A DNA stretch of 64,000 nt from Caulobacteraceae bacterium (GCA_027487945.1 JAIYCQ010000037.1:3347-67346), one strand, 5' to 3'; positions 38,018-47,250 are shown, counted from the first letter of the stretch. Notes: generated by a model from the sequence alone, not told the origin. Translations and numbers: made by a program.

Positions 38018-39280
38018 TTGGCGCTGTCCCTGACCCTCTACCGGCTGGGCGTGGCGCTGCTGGAGCCGTTCACCCCGGCGATCCTGCGGGGGCGCGCCCG
38101 GCGCGGCAAGGAGGACCCCGTTCGCCTCGGCGAGCGGCTCGGCCAGGCATCGGCTGCCCGACCGGAGGGGCCGCTGGTCTGGATTCACGCCGTCAGCGTC
38201 GGCGAAAGCCTGTCGGTTCTTCCGCTGGTCGAGCGTCTGCGCGAGCGGCGGCCGGAGCAGGCGGTACTGGTCACCTCGGGCACCGTCACCTCGGCGGCGC
38301 TGCTGGCCAGGCGGCTGCCGCCGGGAGCGATCCACCAGTTCGCGCCGCTCGATACGCCGGGCGCGTCCCGGCGTTTCCTTGACCACTGGCGGCCCGATCT
38401 GACGATCTTCGTCGAAAGCGAATTCTGGCCCAACCTTCTCCTGGGTGCGAAGGGACGGGGGAGCCGGCTGGTCCTGATGTCCGCGCGCGTGACGGAGAAG
38501 ACCGCCGGCGGCTGGCGGCGGGCGCGGGGCATGGCCACGGTCGTCCTGAAGGCCTTCGACCTTGTCCTGCCGCAGGATCGCGCCACCCTGGAGCGGCTGG
38601 CGCCCTGGGGCGTCGGCGGACCGTTGGTGAACCTGAAGTATGTCGGCGAACCCCTGGCCTGTGACGAGGCCGAACTGGCGCGGCTGAAGAGCGCCCTCGG
38701 CGCCCGGCCGGTAGTGCTGGCCGCCAGCACCCACCCCGGGGAAGAGGCCCTGATCGCCGCGGCCTTCGAGGCCATGCCGGCGACCGTGCCCGCGCCGCTG
38801 CTGATCCTGGCGCCCCGGCACCCGGAGCGTGGCGGCGAGGTGGCGGCGCTGCTGCGCGGACAGGGCGGCCCGGTGGCGCAGCGGACCGAAGGCGAGCCGG
38901 TCAGGTCCGACACCCGGGCCTATGTCGCCGATACTCTGGGGGAGATGGGGCTTTGGTTCCGGCTGGCCGATGTCGCGGTCATGGGGGGCAGCTTCGTGGA
39001 CGGCATCGGCGGCCACAACCCGCTGGAGCCCGCGCGGCTGGGCGTCCCGCCGGTGACCGGTCCCTTCGCCTTCAACTTCACCGACGTCTATGCCGAGATG
39101 CTGGCCGGGCAGGCGGCCCTGCTGGCCGAGGGACCGCAGGACCTCACCCGGGTGATGCACGGCCTGCTGTCGGACCCGGACAGCGCGAGGCGCACCGGCG
39201 CGACGGCCGGCCGCTTCGCCCTGTCCCGCTCGGCGGCGCTCGACGACGCCTGGGTCGCGCTGGAGCCCCTGCTGCCATGA
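38018..39280 (+). CDS. waaA: 3-deoxy-D-manno-octulosonic acid (Kdo) transferase
   Basis: KdtA-family sequence (LVWIHAVSVGE..., GGSFV...GGHNPLEPA). The probable TTG start at 38018 is 4 nt after the CDF stop, so the start is uncertain. Confidence 0.85.
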   Translation: MALSLTLYRLGVALLEPFTPAILRGRARRGKEDPVRLGERLGQASAARPEGPLVWIHAVSVGESLSVLPLVERLRERRPEQAVLVTSGTVTSAALLARRLPPGAIHQFAPLDTPGASRRFLDHWRPDLTIFVESEFWPNLLLGAKGRGSRLVLMSARVTEKTAGGWRRARGMATVVLKAFDLVLPQDRATLERLAPWGVGGPLVNLKYVGEPLACDEAELARLKSALGARPVVLAASTHPGEEALIAAAFEAMPATVPAPLLILAPRHPERGGEVAALLRGQGGPVAQRTEGEPVRSDTRAYVADTLGEMGLWFRLADVAVMGGSFVDGIGGHNPLEPARLGVPPVTGPFAFNFTDVYAEMLAGQAALLAEGPQDLTRVMHGLLSDPDSARRTGATAGRFALSRSAALDDAWVALEPLLP

Positions 39281-40284
39281 AGCTCTCCACGCCCCGCTGG
39301 TGGTACGTTCGCGACAAGGCGCCTGGACGGCTGCGCAGGATGCTCCTGACGCCGCTGTCCTGGATCTGGGCCGCAGTGACCGCCAACCGCATCGCGAAGA
39401 CGATTCCGGCGGACGTCGGGGTCCCGGTGATCTGCGTCGGCAACCTGACGGCGGGCGGCACGGGCAAGACGCCGGTCGTGCGCGAGTTGCTGCGGCTGCT
39501 GACGGTGCGCGGCGTGGACGCCCATGGCCTGTCGCGGGGCTATGGCGGCGCACTGAAGGGCGTGCACCGCGTCGATCCGAAGGTCCACACCGCCGCCGAC
39601 GTGGGCGACGAGCCGCTGATGCTGGCCCATGACTATCCGATCTGGATCAGCGCCGACCGGCCGGTGGGGGCGAGCGCCGCGAAGGCGGCCGGGGCACGGG
39701 CCGTGGTCATGGACGACGGTCACCAGAATCCGTCACTGAAGAAGACGCTGTCGCTGGTCGTGGTGGACGGCGAAACGCGGAACAACGAATGGCCGTTCGG
39801 CGACGGGGCGGTCTTCCCGGCCGGGCCGATGCGCGAGCCTCTGGCCGTGGGTCTGGCGCGGGCCGACGCGGTGGTGCTGCTGCTGCCGGCCGACCTGCCG
39901 CAGGTCGATCCCGGGCTGCTGGCGCTGTTTGGCGACACGCCCGTGCTGGTGGCCCGGCTCGAACCGGCCGCGCCGCCGCCCGCGGGGCCGCAGGTCGGCT
40001 TCGCCGGGGTGGGCAAGCCCTGGAAGGTTGAGCGGGCCCTGACCGCCGCCGGCTGCGACCTGAGGGACTTTGCACCGTTCCCGGATCACGGGGCGTTCGA
40101 CGAGCGGACGCTGCAGGCGCTCCAGCGCCGGGCCGATGACGTCGGCGCCGGTCTGGTCACCACCGAGAAGGACTGGGTCCGCCTGCCGCCCCATTGGCGC
40201 CCGCGCGTGGCCATGTGGCCGGTGAAGGCGACCTTCGAGGACGAGGCGGCGGTGCAGGCGCTGTTGACGGCACGCATCCCATAG
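39277..40284 (+). CDS. lpxK: Tetraacyldisaccharide 4'-kinase
   Basis: P-loop VGNLTAGGTGKTP. Its ATG overlaps the kdtA stop (ATGA). Confidence 0.9.
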   Translation: MKLSTPRWWYVRDKAPGRLRRMLLTPLSWIWAAVTANRIAKTIPADVGVPVICVGNLTAGGTGKTPVVRELLRLLTVRGVDAHGLSRGYGGALKGVHRVDPKVHTAADVGDEPLMLAHDYPIWISADRPVGASAAKAAGARAVVMDDGHQNPSLKKTLSLVVVDGETRNNEWPFGDGAVFPAGPMREPLAVGLARADAVVLLLPADLPQVDPGLLALFGDTPVLVARLEPAAPPPAGPQVGFAGVGKPWKVERALTAAGCDLRDFAPFPDHGAFDERTLQALQRRADDVGAGLVTTEKDWVRLPPHWRPRVAMWPVKATFEDEAAVQALLTARIP

Positions 40285-40307
40285 TTCCTCTCCCACGGGG
40301 AGAGGGA
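40285..40307. terminator. Hairpin TTCCTCTCCC-ACG-GGGAGAGGGA between convergent lpxK and the amidohydrolase gene
   Basis: A stem of about 10 bp fills the 26-bp gap between convergent stops. There is no U-tract. Confidence 0.4.
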
Positions 40308-40310
40308 CTG

Positions 40311-41639
40311 TTACCGGTACGCCACGCCGCCCTTCATCACGAAGGTCACCCGGGTCAGCTCGGTGACGTCCGCCGTCGGGTCGCCCTTCACGGCGATCAG
40401 ATCGGCCTGCATGCCGGGCTTCAGGCTTCCGACCAGGGCGGAGAGGCCGAGGTGCTCGGCGGCCCAGACGGTGGCGCTGCGGATGGCGTCGATGGGGGTG
40501 AAGCCCGCCTTGACCATCAGCGCGAACTCGCCGGCGTTGTCGCCGTGCGCCGAGACGCCGGTGTCGGTGCCGAAGGCGATCTTCACCCCGCCCTGGTAGG
40601 CTCGGCGCGTCATATCGACCATCAGCGGCCCGGCGATCAGCGCCTTGTCCCGCTGGGCCGGCAGCAGATACGTGTCCGGCTTGCGGGCCTCGCGGACCAC
40701 GAAGTCGCCGGCCATCAGGGTGGGGACCAGCCAGGCGCCGCCGGCCCTGAACAGCTTGATCGACTCGGCGTCGACATAGGTGCCGTGCTCGATGGAGTCG
40801 CCGCCCGCCCGCAGGAAGGCGTTGATGCCGTCGGCCCCGTGGGCGTGGGCGGTGACCTTGCGGCCCATGGAATGGGCGGCCTCGACGATCGCCTTCAGTT
40901 CTTCGTTGGAGAACTGTTGCGCCAGACCCGCCGCCGTCGGCGACAGCACGCCGCCGGTCGCGGTGATCTTGATCACGTCCGCCCCGGCCCGGACCTGCTC
41001 GCGCACGGCCCGACGGCAGTCGTCGGCGCCGGAGCAGACCGCGGTCGGTCGATAGACGTGGACCAGCTCTTCCGGCATGCCGTTCCCGGGGTCGCCATGG
41101 CCGCCGTGGACCGAGATCGGCGAGCCGGCGGCGATGATGCGCGGTCCGGGCACGCGCCCGGCCTTGATCGCGTCGCGCAGGGCGAAGATGGACTCGTTGG
41201 GCGAGCCGAGGTCCGCCACCGTGGTGAAGCCGGCCTTCAGCGTTTTCATCGCGTAGGCGGCGCCGTCGAGCGCAAGGTCGGATTTGGTCTTGGTGAAACG
41301 CTCGATACGCTGGTTGGGGCCGTTCTCGCTGGTCAGGTGGACGTGGCTGTCGATCAGGCCGGGCAGGACGAAGCTGTCCTTCAGGTCGACGACCGTCGCG
41401 CAGCCGTCGGACACGAAGCCGTCGGCAACACGGGCCACCTTGCCGCCCTCGACGACCAGCGTCTTTCCGGTCTCGACCTTGCCGCCGGCCGGATCGGCCA
41501 GCAGGCGTCCGGCCTGGACACAGGTGGTGGCCGCCGCCGCCGCCGTCTGCCGCGCCTGGGCGAGGCCCAGACCGAGGGCGGCGACCGCGGCGCCGGCTGT
41601 CAGGCCGAGCGCCAGGCGCTTGTCGAGACGCTTCATCAT
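40311..41639 (-). CDS. Exported amidohydrolase-family metal-dependent hydrolase
   Basis: Signal peptide MMKRLDKRLALGLTAGAAVAALGLGLAQA, HxH motif LIDSHVHL, and later conserved His and Asp residues. Confidence 0.8.
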   Translation of the reverse strand: MMKRLDKRLALGLTAGAAVAALGLGLAQARQTAAAAATTCVQAGRLLADPAGGKVETGKTLVVEGGKVARVADGFVSDGCATVVDLKDSFVLPGLIDSHVHLTSENGPNQRIERFTKTKSDLALDGAAYAMKTLKAGFTTVADLGSPNESIFALRDAIKAGRVPGPRIIAAGSPISVHGGHGDPGNGMPEELVHVYRPTAVCSGADDCRRAVREQVRAGADVIKITATGGVLSPTAAGLAQQFSNEELKAIVEAAHSMGRKVTAHAHGADGINAFLRAGGDSIEHGTYVDAESIKLFRAGGAWLVPTLMAGDFVVREARKPDTYLLPAQRDKALIAGPLMVDMTRRAYQGGVKIAFGTDTGVSAHGDNAGEFALMVKAGFTPIDAIRSATVWAAEHLGLSALVGSLKPGMQADLIAVKGDPTADVTELTRVTFVMKGGVAYR

Positions 41640-42718
41640 CAGGCTCCGGCCTTCCTCGCGAACGCGAGCGCCGCGTCGGCCAGGGCCGGCACGCGGGCTT
41701 CCATGGTCTGGGCGTGGGCGCTGGCGGCGGTGCCGTCGCGGACCCGGCCGACGATCCCCTGGCAGATCCCGGCGAGCCGGAACATGTTGTAGGCGAAGTA
41801 CCAGTTGAGCTCAGGCAGGCCGTCGCGACCGGTCAGGCCGCAGTACTGCTCCACAGCCTCCTCGACCGTCGGGATGCCCCAGGCGGCGAAGTCCTCGATG
41901 CCCGCCAGCGAGGCGCGCTCGCCGCCCGGCATCACCCAGTGCATCAGCAGGTAGGAGAAGTCGGCCAGCGGGTTGCCGAGCGTCGACAGCTCCCAGTCCA
42001 GCACGGCCACGACCCGGGGCTCAGTCGGATGCAGGATCATGTTGTCGAGGCGGTAGTCGCCGTGGACGATCGAGGTCTGGTCATCAGCGGGGGTGGTCTG
42101 GGGCAGCCACTCGATCAGCCGGTCCATCGACGGAATGCTCTGGGTCTCGGACGCCTTGTACTGCTTGGTCCAGCGGTCGATCTGGCGCGCGAAGTAGTTG
42201 CCCGGCCGGCCGTAGTCGGCCAGGCCGATGGCGGCGTAGTCGACGTTGTGCAGCTGGGCCAGGGTGGCGATCTTGGCCTCGTAGATCGCGCGACGTTCGG
42301 CCGGCTCGCTGTCGGGCAGGGTCAGGTCCCACAGGATGCGACCCTCGACGTTGTCCATCACGTAGAACATCGTGCCCAGGACGCCTTCGTCCTCGCAGAG
42401 GGCGTAGGCCTTGGCGACCGGGAAGTTCACCTTGTTCAGGCCGGAGATGACCTTGAACTCGCGGTCCACGGCGTGGGCGCTGGGCAGCAGCTTGCCCGGC
42501 GGCTTGCGGCGCAGGACGTACTTCTTGTTCGGCGTGACCAGCTGGTAGGTGGGGTTGGACTGGCCGCCCTTGAACTGGCGCACCTCGAGCGGGCCTTCAT
42601 AGCCCTCGACATTGGCCTTCAGCCAGGACTCGAGCTTCGCCTCGTCGATGCGATGGCGCTCCTCGACCGGCTTGGTGCCGGAGTTGAGGTCCTGGGCGGT
42701 CGGCTCGGCGTCGGCCAT
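41639..42718 (-). CDS. Phosphotransferase (APH/ChoK-like kinase) family protein
   Basis: Catalytic loop IVHGDYRLDNMIL followed by LDWELSTLG. Confidence 0.8.
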   Translation of the reverse strand: MADAEPTAQDLNSGTKPVEERHRIDEAKLESWLKANVEGYEGPLEVRQFKGGQSNPTYQLVTPNKKYVLRRKPPGKLLPSAHAVDREFKVISGLNKVNFPVAKAYALCEDEGVLGTMFYVMDNVEGRILWDLTLPDSEPAERRAIYEAKIATLAQLHNVDYAAIGLADYGRPGNYFARQIDRWTKQYKASETQSIPSMDRLIEWLPQTTPADDQTSIVHGDYRLDNMILHPTEPRVVAVLDWELSTLGNPLADFSYLLMHWVMPGGERASLAGIEDFAAWGIPTVEEAVEQYCGLTGRDGLPELNWYFAYNMFRLAGICQGIVGRVRDGTAASAHAQTMEARVPALADAALAFARKAGA

Positions 42719-42819
42719 CGGTGTTTCCCCACGTTTCGTACGCTTGTTTGAAGTGCGCGCGATCTTAGGGATCGGGGCGCGCGGCGCAAGGATAGAGGGG
42801 CAGGGAGGCTGAAGGCCGC

Positions 42820-44085
42820 CTAGAGGGCCCGCCAGCCGATGTCGGTGCGGTAGAAGCCGCCCGGGAAGTCGATGGTCTCTATGGCGGCGTAGGCCAGGTC
42901 GCGGGCCTCCTGCAGGGACTCGCCCAGCGCGCAGATGTTGAGGACCCGGCCGCCCGACGCGCAGAGCTCGCCCGCCGCGTTTCGCGCGGTGCCGGCATGG
43001 AAGACCGAGACCTGGTCGCCGAAGTCGGCGTCTGCCCCCTCGATCACCGCCCCGGCCTTCGGCGCGTCCGGATAGCCCTCAGCGGCGAAGACGACGCAGA
43101 GGGCGCTCTCCTCACGCCATTGCGGCGGAGGCATCGCGCCCAGCGCGCCCTCGGCGGACGCCTTGAGGTAGGGAACGATATCGCTGGCCAGCCGCATCAT
43201 CAGCACCTGGCATTCCGGGTCGCCGAAGCGGGCGTTGAACTCCACCAGGCGCGGGCCGGTCGCGGTCAGCATCAAGCCTGCGTAGAGCACGCCGCGATAG
43301 GGATTGCCCTCCGCCGCCATGCCTTTCACCGCCGGCAGCACCGCCTCCTCGAACGCCCGCTTCGCGAGCGCCTCGGTCAGCACGGGGGCGGGGGAGTAGG
43401 TCCCCATCCCGCCGGTATTGGGACCCTGGTCGCCGTCATGGGCGCGCTTGTGGTCCTGGGCATAGCCAAAGGGAATGGCCGTCTCGCCGTCGCAGAGGGC
43501 GAAGAACGACGCCTCCTCGCCCTGCATGAACTCCTCGATCACCACCCGCGCGCCGGCCGTGCCGAACCGGCCGCCCAGCATGTCGGCGACCGCGGCGTCG
43601 GCCTCGGCGCGGGTCGGGGCGATGACCACGCCCTTGCCGGCGGCCAGGCCGTCGGCCTTGATCACGAAGGGCGCGGTCAGGGTGTCGAGGAAGGCGCCGG
43701 CGGCGTCCGGCGTCTCGAACACGGCGTAGGCGGCGGTGGGCAGGTGGTGGCGGGCCTGGAAGTCCTTGCTGAACGCCTTGCTCGTCTCGATCCTCGCCGC
43801 CGAGGCGGCGGGCCCGAAGCAGGGAATGCCGCTCGCTGTCAGGGCGTCCGCCAGTCCGACCTCCAGAGCCGCCTCCGGCCCGACCACGACCAGGTCGGCG
43901 GCGATCTCCCTGGCCAGGGCGACAAGGCCCTCGACGTCGGTGACCTTCAGGGCGCGGGTCTCGCACAGGTTGGCGATGCCCGGGCTGCCCGGCGCGGCGA
44001 CGAGGCGGGTCAGCAGCGGCGACTGCGCGATCTTCCAGGCCAGCGCATGCTCGCGCCCGCCCGATCCGACGAGAAGGATGTTCAT
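42820..44085 (-). CDS. purD: Phosphoribosylamine-glycine ligase
   Basis: 421-aa ORF starting MNILLVGSGGREHALAWK, with ATP-grasp sequence throughout. Confidence 0.95.
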   Translation of the reverse strand: MNILLVGSGGREHALAWKIAQSPLLTRLVAAPGSPGIANLCETRALKVTDVEGLVALAREIAADLVVVGPEAALEVGLADALTASGIPCFGPAASAARIETSKAFSKDFQARHHLPTAAYAVFETPDAAGAFLDTLTAPFVIKADGLAAGKGVVIAPTRAEADAAVADMLGGRFGTAGARVVIEEFMQGEEASFFALCDGETAIPFGYAQDHKRAHDGDQGPNTGGMGTYSPAPVLTEALAKRAFEEAVLPAVKGMAAEGNPYRGVLYAGLMLTATGPRLVEFNARFGDPECQVLMMRLASDIVPYLKASAEGALGAMPPPQWREESALCVVFAAEGYPDAPKAGAVIEGADADFGDQVSVFHAGTARNAAGELCASGGRVLNICALGESLQEARDLAYAAIETIDFPGGFYRTDIGWRAL

Positions 44086-44125
44086 GGTCGGTGGGTTTTG
44101 CCTGCGAGGGCGGGGCCGTCAAGCA

Positions 44126-44150
44126 CTCCCTCCCCATGAAGGGGAGGGAG
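44126..44150 (-). terminator. Hairpin CTCCCTCCCC-ATGAA-GGGGAGGGAG downstream of phoB
   Basis: Perfect 10-bp stem 6 nt after the phoB stop. There is no clear U-tract. Confidence 0.45.
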
Positions 44151-44155
44151 GACTC

Positions 44156-44845
44156 TCATCCTCCGAAGTCCAGCGAATAGCCGGCCGAGCGGACGGTGCG
44201 AATCGGGTCGAGCGGAGCCCCGTGATTCAGTGCCTTGCGCAGGCGACCGATGTGGACGTCGACGGTGCGGGCCTCGACATAGACATCGCTGCCCCAGACC
44301 GCGTCCAACAGCTGTTCGCGGCTGAAGACCCGGCCGGGGTGCTGCATCAGATGGTCCAGCAGGCGGAACTCGGTCGGGCCGAGATGGACCTCCTTGCCGT
44401 CGCGCTTCACCCGGTGGGCGACGCGGTCGACGATGATGTCGCCGGCGGTGACGCGGTCATCGGCCAGGCCCGGCCGGATCCGGCGCATGACCGCGCGGAT
44501 GCGGGCGGTCAGCTCGGTCATGGCGAAGGGCTTGACGAGATAGTCGTCCGCGCCGGTGTCCAGCCCGCGGACCCGGTCGCTCTCCTCGCCCCGGGCGGTG
44601 AGCATAAGGATCGGCAGGTTACGGCTCTCGGGGCGCTGGCGCAGGCGGCGGCAGACCTCGATGCCGGAGACCTTGGGCAGCATCCAATCGAGGACCACCA
44701 GGTCCGGCTGCTGCTCCTGGACCAGGATCAGCGCCTCCTCGCCGTCGCCGGCGTGGACGACTCGATAGCCTTCCTTCTCGAGATTGTACTGCAGCAGGGT
44801 GGCGAGGGCGTCTTCGTCCTCGACGACCAGGACTGTCGGCGTCAT
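44156..44845 (-). CDS. phoB: Phosphate regulon response regulator PhoB
   Basis: REC domain (VLVVEDE...DLVVLDWMLP) plus an OmpR-type winged helix (RTVDVHIGRLRKAL). It is ATGA-coupled to phoU. Confidence 0.9.
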   Translation of the reverse strand: MTPTVLVVEDEDALATLLQYNLEKEGYRVVHAGDGEEALILVQEQQPDLVVLDWMLPKVSGIEVCRRLRQRPESRNLPILMLTARGEESDRVRGLDTGADDYLVKPFAMTELTARIRAVMRRIRPGLADDRVTAGDIIVDRVAHRVKRDGKEVHLGPTEFRLLDHLMQHPGRVFSREQLLDAVWGSDVYVEARTVDVHIGRLRKALNHGAPLDPIRTVRSAGYSLDFGG

Positions 44846-45537
44846 AGGCTCAATGTATCCATCTTGGGCCGGTCGGCGACGATCTCGCCGCCTGTGATCT
44901 CATAGTGGACGATCTCGGCGATGTTGGTGGCGTGGTCGCCGATCCGTTCGAGGTTCTTGGCCACGAACAGCAGATGGGCGCCGGCGGTGATCGTGCGCGG
45001 ATCGCCCATCATGTAGGTCAGCAGCTCCCGGAACAGGCTTTCGTAGTGCTCGTCGACCTCGGTATCGCGGGTCCAGACGGACACGGCGCGGTCAACCTCG
45101 GAGGCCGTATAGGCGTCGAGAACATCCTTGAGCCGGCTGGAGACCAGCTTGCCCATCCGCTCGATGGAGCGTGTCACCGGCCCCGCGGGCTCGGCTTCGG
45201 CCAGGATCAGCGTGCGCTTGGCGATGTTCTTGGCCAGATCGCCACAGCGCTCGAGGTTCATGGCTATCTTCATCGCGCCGACGGCGCGTCGCAGGTCGTT
45301 GGCCATCGGCTGGCGAAGGGCGATCATGCGGATCGCGGCCCGCTCGATGTCCGCTTCCATGACGTCGAGCTTCTCATCCCGACCGGCCACGGCGGAGGCC
45401 AGGGGCACGTCCCGGCGCGCGAAGGCGGCGATCGAGTCGTTGACCTGCGCTTCGGCAAGGCCGCCCATGCGGACGACCTCGGCGGCCAGCTGGTTCAGCT
45501 CATCCTCGAACGATCGGACGATATGTTCGTTCATCAT
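44842..45537 (-). CDS. phoU: Phosphate signalling protein PhoU
   Basis: Two PhoU repeats (E/DxxxD motifs: ERCGDLAKNIA, ERIGDHATNIA). The start was set at MMNEH, which has AGGAA upstream. Confidence 0.9.
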   Translation of the reverse strand: MMNEHIVRSFEDELNQLAAEVVRMGGLAEAQVNDSIAAFARRDVPLASAVAGRDEKLDVMEADIERAAIRMIALRQPMANDLRRAVGAMKIAMNLERCGDLAKNIAKRTLILAEAEPAGPVTRSIERMGKLVSSRLKDVLDAYTASEVDRAVSVWTRDTEVDEHYESLFRELLTYMMGDPRTITAGAHLLFVAKNLERIGDHATNIAEIVHYEITGGEIVADRPKMDTLSL

Positions 45538-45666
45538 GGGTTCCTGCACGACAAGCCCCGCGATCAACCCTGGCGGCCGTCCGCGGTCGGGCGGGGGCGA
45601 GCCTTCAGGGAATCACGAGGCCAACTGTCAGAGCGACGGTCTAGTGACGGGGCGATGCTGCCCCTG

Positions 45667-45685
45667 TGCGACGATTTTACGACAC
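45667..45685 (-). promoter_or_regulatory. Candidate Pho box (GTGTCGTAAAATCGTCGCA) upstream of phoU-phoB
   Basis: GTCG(T/C) direct repeats at 11-bp spacing separated by an A-rich tract, matching about 12 of 17 positions of TGTCATAAAACTGTCAT by hand. The site overlaps the phoR stop codon. Confidence 0.35.
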
Positions 45686-47068
45686 TTTTGCGACGACGCC
45701 AGCCGGAGCCCGCTCCGCCACGGCCGGCCGCAGCGGGAACCAGACGGAAAAGGTCGAGCCGCGTCCCAGCACGGTCTCCGCCGCCAGACCGCCCTTGTGA
45801 CGGTTGACGATGTGTTTGACGATCGCCAGCCCGAGCCCGGTGCCGGTCTTGTCGCCGCTCTTCTGCCCCTCGACCCGGTAGAAGCGCTCGGTCAGGCGGG
45901 GCAGGGCGTCGCGCGGCATGCCGGGCCCCTGGTCACTGACCCGCAGCAGGGCGTAGGCGCCGCCGGCGCGATGCTCGGGCGTCAGCAGCGGCAGTCGCGT
46001 CGCGTCCGGATCGAGCGGCGGCGGGGCGTCGCCGTCGACGGGCCCGGTGATCTCGATGGCGATGACGCCGCCGGCCGGGGTGTATTTGACGGCGTTGTCG
46101 ACGAGGTTCTGCACGACCTGCACGATCTGGTCGCGGTCGCCCTCGACCAGCACCCTGTCTCGCCCCGGAGGCGCCCAGGCGAACGAGACGCCCTTGGCCC
46201 TGACCACCGGCATCAGGGCGTCGGTGACGTCGGTGACCGCCGCCGACAGATCGACGCTGCCGAGCGGCGCGATGTGCTCGTTGAGTTCGATCCGCGAGAG
46301 GCTCATCAGGTCGTCAATGAGGCGCGACATCCGTTCGGCCTGGGCCTGCATGATGCCGAGGAACTTGTCCCGCGCCGCGACATCGTTGCGTGCAGGTCCC
46401 CGCAGCGTCTCGATGAAACCGGACAGGGAGGCCAGCGGGGTGCGGAGCTCGTGGCTGGCGTTGGCCAGGAAGTCGGCCCGCATCTGCTCGGCCCGGCGCA
46501 GGTCCGTCTGGTCGCGCAGGATCAGAAGCGCCATCGAGGCCCCCCACGGCGCCGGCGCCAACGGCGAGGCGACCGCGGTCCAGTTCCGGTCCTGGGCGGC
46601 GCCGGTCTCGAACGTCGTTTCGCCGTTGACGCCGCCGAACAGCGCCTCCTCCACCAGCTCGATGATCTGCGGATTGCGGATGGCGGTGATCAGGCGGATG
46701 TCGGGACGGTAGATCCGGAACAGGTCGCGCGCCGCCCGGTTGGCGAAGACGACACGATGGCCGGTCACTTCGTAGGGCTCGTCGGCGGCGACCACCATGA
46801 CCGGGTCGACGAGGTTCTCGAGGACGCCGGCATAGGGGATCGGAGTGACGGCGGGCGCCGCCTCGTCCGTCGGATCTTTCACCGGGCGGGAGGCCTCGAA
46901 GGCGCGACGGGCGGCCCAGAGACCGCCGCACGCGACCGCCAGGGCGGCGGCGGCGGCCGGGCCGGGGCCGGCCTGCCCGAAGCCGGCCAGCAGAAGCGGC
47001 GCCGCCGCGCCGGCCGCCGTAAGCAGCAGGATGGGTCTGTGCGCGCTGGTCAGGCCGTCGGACGGCAT
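45677..47068 (-). CDS. phoR: Phosphate regulon sensor histidine kinase PhoR
   Basis: N-terminal TM region and PAS-like segment, H-box FLANASHELRTPL, HATPase_c, and adjacency to phoU-phoB. The start was set at MPSDG (47068). Confidence 0.85.
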   Translation of the reverse strand: MPSDGLTSAHRPILLLTAAGAAAPLLLAGFGQAGPGPAAAAALAVACGGLWAARRAFEASRPVKDPTDEAAPAVTPIPYAGVLENLVDPVMVVAADEPYEVTGHRVVFANRAARDLFRIYRPDIRLITAIRNPQIIELVEEALFGGVNGETTFETGAAQDRNWTAVASPLAPAPWGASMALLILRDQTDLRRAEQMRADFLANASHELRTPLASLSGFIETLRGPARNDVAARDKFLGIMQAQAERMSRLIDDLMSLSRIELNEHIAPLGSVDLSAAVTDVTDALMPVVRAKGVSFAWAPPGRDRVLVEGDRDQIVQVVQNLVDNAVKYTPAGGVIAIEITGPVDGDAPPPLDPDATRLPLLTPEHRAGGAYALLRVSDQGPGMPRDALPRLTERFYRVEGQKSGDKTGTGLGLAIVKHIVNRHKGGLAAETVLGRGSTFSVWFPLRPAVAERAPAGVVAKVS

Positions 47069-47250
47069 GGCGGGAGGGCCTCGATTCGGATTAATCGTCC
47101 GTCTATGGTGCACGGAGATATGGCGCCCTTGTGAGCCTTGCGATAGACGAGGCAGGGTCTCCCGGGGGATGGTTCATGACGGCCGACGCAATTTCGCCGC
47201 ATCGACAGGGGACGAACGTGTTGCCGTCTAAGGTCCGGGGTTATCAGTTC

